From assembly GCA_046714175.1 (NCBI GenBank), contig JBKKBI010000084.1:26284-90283 (forward strand): a stretch of 64,000 nt of DNA, in the 5' to 3' direction. Position numbers and translations under genes: made by a program. The DNA is from Acidimicrobiia bacterium. GTDB lineage: Bacteria > Actinomycetota > Acidimicrobiia > Spongiisociales > UBA11373. The notes below the pieces were generated by a model that was not told the origin of the DNA, made no database searches, and saw only the letters and a program-made list of their open reading frames with translations. The stretch's first letter is position 1, and each line of letters starts with the position of its first letter. Below, piece after piece: positions 59,372 through 64,000 of the stretch.

Positions 59372-60304
59372 TTGGCCCGGAGGCTGCGAGAAGCCGCTCA
59401 CCCATCCGACGGCATCGGGATGTACCTGGAGTCGGTGGCGGCTCACGGCCTGCTGACCGCCGAGGACGAGGTGCGCCTGTCCCGAGTGATGGAGTCGGGA
59501 CACAAGGCTCAGCAGGTGATCGACGCTGGGGGCAAGATCACGCCCACCGACCGTATCCGGTTGTTTCGGGCGATTCACGCCGGGGACGAGGCCAAGGCCC
59601 AGTTCATCCGCTCCAACCTGCGTCTGGTGATCTCCATCGCCAAGCGCTACAGCGGACGCGGTCTGGATCTACTCGACCTGGTCCAGGAGGGAAACCTCGG
59701 TCTGATCCGGGCCGTGGAGAAGTTCGACTGGCGCAAGGGCTTCAAGTTCTCCACGTACGCCACGTGGTGGATCCGGCAGGCGATCACGCGCGGTCTGGGT
59801 AATCAGGGACGCACCATCCGGCTGCCGGTGCACATGGTCGATGTGGTGCGCACGGTTCAAGAGACGGTGCTCGGCCTTCAGGAGCGGTTGCATCGCCGCC
59901 CCACCATGGAGGAGATCGCCCAGGCATCGGGACTCGACAGGGAGCGGGTCGAGCTCGCTCTCACCGCTCCGAGTGACACGGTCTCCCTGGAGCGGCCCGT
60001 CGGGACCGAAGGCGACGCCGCGTTGGGGGATTTCGTCGAGGACGAGGCCGCGCTGGATCCGTTCGAGGCGGCCGCGGGCGCTTCGACCCGACATCACATC
60101 GACACCGCGATGTCGATGCTGGAGGATCAGGAGCGCCAGGTGATCCTGCGCCGCTATGGCCTCGACGGACGCACACCACGCACCCTCTCCGATGTCGGCA
60201 AGGAGTTCGAACTCACCCGCGAGCGGATTCGCCAGATCGAGGGCAGGGCGCTGGCCAAACTTCGCCACCCCTCCAGCGGCTTCGATCTGGAGACCCTGCT
60301 CTGA
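59372..60304 (+). CDS. RNA polymerase sigma-70 family factor (group 1/2-like: regions 1.2, 2, 3, 4 present)
   Basis: Region 2.4-type [34 protein letters not shown], region 4.2 ([29 protein letters not shown]). Proposed TTG start at 59372 with AAGGA 6 nt upstream. The listed ATG at 59204 would add a Cys/Pro-rich 56-aa extension. Confidence 0.8.
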   Translation: MARRLREAAHPSDGIGMYLESVAAHGLLTAEDEVRLSRVMESGHKAQQVIDAGGKITPTDRIRLFRAIHAGDEAKAQFIRSNLRLVISIAKRYSGRGLDLLDLVQEGNLGLIRAVEKFDWRKGFKFSTYATWWIRQAITRGLGNQGRTIRLPVHMVDVVRTVQETVLGLQERLHRRPTMEEIAQASGLDRERVELALTAPSDTVSLERPVGTEGDAALGDFVEDEAALDPFEAAAGASTRHHIDTAMSMLEDQERQVILRRYGLDGRTPRTLSDVGKEFELTRERIRQIEGRALAKLRHPSSGFDLETLL

Positions 60305-60352
60305 GTCCAAGAGTCAGGGTGATGGCCCGCACTGGCTTACAGCTGCCAGCTG

Positions 60353-61018
60353 CTACACGTCGAACAACCGCGGGGCTCTGCCTTCCAGGCCGCGCAGTAG
60401 GTCATAATCGACCTCGACCCATCCGATGCCGCGGGCCGCGGCGAGCACGCGCGCCTGGGGGGTCACTTTCGTCGCGGCCAGGATTCCCCGCACCGGTGCC
60501 AGCGTGGCATCACGGTTCAGCCGTTCCAGGTACCGGGTGAGCTGTTCGACCCCGTCGATCTCGCCGTGCCGCTTGATTTCCACCGCCACCACTTGCCCGG
60601 ACGGATCGCGGCACAGCAGGTCCACGGGTCCCAGGTCGGTGTGATACTCCCGCTGCAGGACCTCCAGGCCCGCTTCGATGGACGCGGCCCGATCGGCGAG
60701 CAGCTCCTGGAGGTTGCGCTCCACACCGTCCTTGGCCAGACCCGGATCGACCCCCAGGTCGTAGTCGGCGTCAGCCAACATCTCCTCGAGCACGATGACA
60801 AGGGATTCGCCCTTGGCGTTGGTCACCACCCAGCGATCCGGCCCTTGCTCGAGATGGTTGGGGGCGTTCATCCAGTTGAGCGGTTTGTACGCCCCACCGT
60901 CAGAGTGGACCGTGACACACCCATCGGCCTTGACCATGATCAAGCGCACCGCCGACGCCAAATGCGCCGAGAGCCGCCCGGTGTATTCGACGGTGCAGCG
61001 CGCCACCACGATCCGCAT
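60353..61018 (-). CDS. nucS: Endonuclease NucS (EndoMS, mismatch-specific)
   Basis: The internal ATG 61018 gives [20 protein letters not shown]...[23 protein letters not shown], the canonical NucS N-terminus, plus the RecB-like C-terminal domain. Confidence 0.85.
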   Translation of the reverse strand: MRIVVARCTVEYTGRLSAHLASAVRLIMVKADGCVTVHSDGGAYKPLNWMNAPNHLEQGPDRWVVTNAKGESLVIVLEEMLADADYDLGVDPGLAKDGVERNLQELLADRAASIEAGLEVLQREYHTDLGPVDLLCRDPSGQVVAVEIKRHGEIDGVEQLTRYLERLNRDATLAPVRGILAATKVTPQARVLAAARGIGWVEVDYDLLRGLEGRAPRLFDV

Positions 61019-61119
61019 GAAGCGGGAGGCTAGAAGGGCGGATGACGATTGGCCATCGGCCAGAGAGGTGGGCAATGGAAGGCGGCTGCGCAATTCGTCT
61101 GCGGTCTGCCGTCTCCGAC

Positions 61120-61935
61120 TCAATCCAACAAATTCTTCAGCGTCGCGCGAAAGTCTTCGGCCAGCTCCGGCCTGGATAGCCCGACAACCACCGTGGCTTC
61201 GAGCAGACCAGCGGGGTGGCCGACATCCAGCAGATCGTCGCCGACAATCAGACCCAGGGCGCTATTGCGGCGGGCGGCGCGGTCGATGGCATCGGTCAAC
61301 TGGATCTCCCCAAGGCGGCCCGGCCGAACCGCGGCCAGGTCCCCGAAGATCTCCGCGCCGAACACGTAGCGGCCAAGCAACCCGAGATCCGAGGGAGCGG
61401 CATCTCCAGGTTTTTCAACCGCCGCTGTGACATCGACCACGTCTCCGGTGACGTTCTCACCGATCGTGACGATCCCATAACGGTCGAAGAATTGCGAGGC
61501 GACCCTGCGGAGAGCCACCGCGGGACGACCGTCGTAGAGGCGGACCAGCCGCGGAGTAAAGGCGTGCCCGGGGCGCGGAAACATGTCGGAGAGCAGGCAC
61601 ACGAATGGACGACCGGCTACCGCCTCCTGGGCACGCATCACGGCGTCGCCGAGACCCCGAGGTTCCGGTTGCAGCACTGTCCGGAAAGTCACCCCCTCCA
61701 GACCGGCGATGGGGGCGCCCTCGGTGAAGTGGGCGATGACCGGATCGCCAGGCCGGTCGTCGACCACGAGGATCACTTCGGTCACCCCCGAAGCGACAGC
61801 TTCCTCCACCACGTACTGGATCACCGGCCGGTCGACCACGGGAATCAACGGCTTGGGCACCACGCGGGTGGCGGGCTGCATGCGTGACCCGACGCCGGCG
61901 CATGGGATCACGGCAACGGTGATCGGCGCGGGCAT
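61120..61935 (-). CDS. galU: UTP--glucose-1-phosphate uridylyltransferase-like sugar nucleotidyltransferase (GalU family)
   Basis: [39 protein letters not shown], the GalU signature. Confidence 0.75.
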   Translation of the reverse strand: MPAPITVAVIPCAGVGSRMQPATRVVPKPLIPVVDRPVIQYVVEEAVASGVTEVILVVDDRPGDPVIAHFTEGAPIAGLEGVTFRTVLQPEPRGLGDAVMRAQEAVAGRPFVCLLSDMFPRPGHAFTPRLVRLYDGRPAVALRRVASQFFDRYGIVTIGENVTGDVVDVTAAVEKPGDAAPSDLGLLGRYVFGAEIFGDLAAVRPGRLGEIQLTDAIDRAARRNSALGLIVGDDLLDVGHPAGLLEATVVVGLSRPELAEDFRATLKNLLD

Positions 61936-62019
61936 GGAAATACGCTACCGCGGCGCCCTGCCCATTGCCCGTTACCCGGGCCGACCGCCCATCGTCCCTG
62001 GCACATGGCCAATGGCCGC

Positions 62020-62502
62020 TCAGATCACGTTGTCACTTTTCCCTGACATCTGTCGCACCACGTCGGTCTGTCCGGTGTGATACGTGTCGTGGAAGTAGCC
62101 GAACATCACCTGGGCGCCCCGGGGGGCGGTGCGCCCCTCTCCGGAGGGCAGCTCGGCGGCCATCGAGGCATCGTCGGCCGCGGCCAGGGCGGCCTCGAGG
62201 CGCTTCTCGGTGCGGTCCAGCGCGGCGAGAAGGTCGGCCAGGGCGAGTACCCCGGGACCATCGCCGGTGATCGGTTCACTCTCGCGGCGGTAGCGCTCGG
62301 CTCGCGGCCCCAGAACAGGTTCGCCACCCAGGACACCGAGGATGTCGTCCCGGGTTGCCACGATGTGGCCCACCACCCAGTTGAAGCAGTTGGTGTTGTA
62401 ACCAGATTGGCGGAGGGCATCCTCCTCGGTGAGCCCGGCGGCGTGGGCGATGATCAGCCGCTGGTTGCGGCGAAACCCTCGCGCCAAGAGATCGGGGAGC
62501 AC
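62020..62502 (-). CDS. DinB/YfiT-like metal-dependent hydrolase superfamily protein (DinB_2)
   Basis: A 160-aa protein with a four-helix bundle and conserved His triad positions (HAAG...H..., HDTYHTGQ). Confidence 0.55.
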   Translation of the reverse strand: MLPDLLARGFRRNQRLIIAHAAGLTEEDALRQSGYNTNCFNWVVGHIVATRDDILGVLGGEPVLGPRAERYRRESEPITGDGPGVLALADLLAALDRTEKRLEAALAAADDASMAAELPSGEGRTAPRGAQVMFGYFHDTYHTGQTDVVRQMSGKSDNVI

Positions 62503-62607
62503 AAACCGAGACTAATCGCCGAACTCGAACGACACGGCCCCGCCACCACGAACTCGAAAGTAGGTTCGACTCCGACTGACTGCTGACCGCGTGGGGTGGT
62601 TCGGCCT

Positions 62608-64000
62608 TCAGCCGACCGAACCCTCCATCTGCAACTCGATCAACCGATTGAGCTCAACCGCGTACTCCATGGGGAGCTCTTTCACTATCGGCTCGATGAA
62701 GCCGGCGACGATCATGGCGGTGGCCTGTTGGTCGGTGAGACCGCGGCTCATCAGATAGAACAACTGGTCGTCGCCGACCTTGGACACCGTCGCCTCGTGC
62801 GCGATCTGGGCGTCGGCCTCTTCGATCTCCATGTAGGGATAGGTGTCGGAGCGGCTCTTGTCGTCGAGGATCAAGGCATCACAACGCACGAACGACTTGA
62901 CCTCCTCGGCTCCGCTCTCCACCCGAACCAGGCCGCGGTAGCCACCGCGTCCTCCGTCCTTGGAAATCGACTTGGAGGTGATCAGGGACGTGGTGCGCGG
63001 GGCGGCGTGAACGATCTTGGCCCCGGCATCGAGATGCTGGCCCTTGCCGGCAAACGCGATCGAAAGCACCTCGCCATGCGCCCCCTCTTCCATGAGCCAT
63101 ACCGCCGGATACTTCATCGTGAGCTTGGAGCCGAGGTTGCCGTCGATCCACTCCATGGTGGCGTTGCGATAAGCCGCGGCACGCTTGGTGACGAGGTTAT
63201 AGACGTTGTTCGACCAGTTCTGAATCGTCGTGTAGCGGCAACGACCGCCCGCCTTGACCACGATCTCGACCACCGCAGAGTGCAGCGAGTCGCTGGAATA
63301 GGTCGGGGCTGAGCACCCTTCGACGTAGTGGCAGAAGGCCCCTTCATCGACGATGATCAGCGTGCGCTCGAATTGCCCCATGTTCTCGGCGTTGATCCGG
63401 AAGTAAGCCTGCAGGGGCTGATCGACGTGGACTCCAGGCGGCACGTAGATGAACGATCCGCCCGACCAGACCGCCGAGTTGAGGGCGGCAAACTTGTTGT
63501 CGTTCGGAGGAATGATCGTTCCGAAGTATTGACGCACCAAGTCGGGGTACTCACGGACCGCGGTGTCCATGTCGCAGAACAAGACGCCAAGTTCGGCGAG
63601 GTCCTCGCGGTTGCGGTGGTAGACCACCTCCGACTCGTACTGGGCGGTGACGCCCGCAAGGTACTTGCGTTCCGCCTCCGGGATTCCCAGCTTCTCGTAA
63701 GTGTTCTTGATCGACTCCGGGACCATGTCCCAGTCCTTTACCTGCCCCGCGGTCGGCTTGATGTAGTAGTAGATGTCGTCGAAGTCGATGTCGACCAGCG
63801 ATCCGCCCCCGCCCCACAGAGGGATCGGCTTGCGGAGAAAGCGCTGATACGACTTGAGTCGGAAGGCGAGCATCCACTCGGGCTCGCCCTTCATCGCCGA
63901 CATCTCGCGGATGATCGACTCGTTGAGCCCCTTCTTGGGCTTGAAAACGTAATCCTCGACGTCGGACCACCCCAGCTGGTATTTCCCGATGTCGATGTCG
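62608..64000 (-). CDS. sufB: Fe-S cluster assembly protein SufB; 5' end lies outside the window
   Basis: [19 protein letters not shown]...IDFDDIYYY and a full SufB core. The frame stays open to the 3' window edge (upstream codons ...[32 protein letters not shown]). Confidence 0.9.
   Translation of the reverse strand, partial: DIDIGKYQLGWSDVEDYVFKPKKGLNESIIREMSAMKGEPEWMLAFRLKSYQRFLRKPIPLWGGGGSLVDIDFDDIYYYIKPTAGQVKDWDMVPESIKNTYEKLGIPEAERKYLAGVTAQYESEVVYHRNREDLAELGVLFCDMDTAVREYPDLVRQYFGTIIPPNDNKFAALNSAVWSGGSFIYVPPGVHVDQPLQAYFRINAENMGQFERTLIIVDEGAFCHYVEGCSAPTYSSDSLHSAVVEIVVKAGGRCRYTTIQNWSNNVYNLVTKRAAAYRNATMEWIDGNLGSKLTMKYPAVWLMEEGAHGEVLSIAFAGKGQHLDAGAKIVHAAPRTTSLITSKSISKDGGRGGYRGLVRVESGAEEVKSFVRCDALILDDKSRSDTYPYMEIEEADAQIAHEATVSKVGDDQLFYLMSRGLTDQQATAMIVAGFIEPIVKELPMEYAVELNRLIELQMEGSVG

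Overview
This is a 64-kb, ~70% GC, densely coding chromosomal segment. Its gene content (F420 CofD/CofE, LCP protein, DUF3499/DUF5719, BirA-AccD5-AccA3, NucS, a Fpg/Nei-family DNA glycosylase (Fpg-like MPELPD N-terminus), a PASTA-containing class A PBP) points to an actinobacterium. Synteny with the Mycobacterium tuberculosis Rv3256c-Rv3267 and birA-accD5-accA3 neighbourhoods is stated from memory. No rRNA, tRNA, CRISPR array or transposase was found.

Annotated genes, in order along the window:
- A partial GT2 glycosyltransferase at the 5' edge and a large polytopic membrane protein, putatively a glycosyltransferase.
- Three small zinc-ribbon/DUF3499 genes, a membrane-anchored thioredoxin-like protein, a DUF5719 protein and a GT2-membrane fusion.
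- cofD-cofE, fpg/nei, and a cell-wall glycopolymer operon (LCP-manC-galE-like).
- birA and accD5-accA3.
- A DMT transporter, then an LpdA-like flavoprotein coupled to a B12-mutase catalytic-domain-only gene.
- A PonA-like PBP, a Sir2 deacetylase, and a SpoIID/LytB protein with a long Thr-rich linker.
- A Wzx-like flippase, a polyprenyl glycosylphosphotransferase, pepA, a PduO-type cobalamin adenosyltransferase and transketolase.
- An M24 peptidase and a REP13E12-like DUF222-HNH gene.
- A complete 2-oxoacid dehydrogenase operon: lpd, fused E1 alpha/beta, E2, and a fused LipB-LipA lipoylation enzyme.
- A second mutase catalytic-domain gene coupled to zinc-ribbon and membrane proteins, an acyl-CoA dehydrogenase, and an F420-type LLM oxidoreductase.
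- A split, partly duplicated Suf Fe-S assembly system: sufC-sufS-sufU on +, sufD-Rieske-sufC on -, and sufB partial at the 3' edge, separated by fumC, a DMT transporter, uracil-DNA glycosylase, a sigma-70 factor, nucS, galU and dinB.

The most unusual signal is a family of perfectly phased heptanucleotide tandem-repeat arrays at five loci (3244-3296, 9434-9517, 18498-18532, 24882-24923, 50684-50823). Each starts immediately after a stop codon. The loci are built from shared unit types: GGGGCGA, GCAGATR, ATCCGGC (equivalently GGCATCC), GATAACA, GRCAGCA and CCGGARR.
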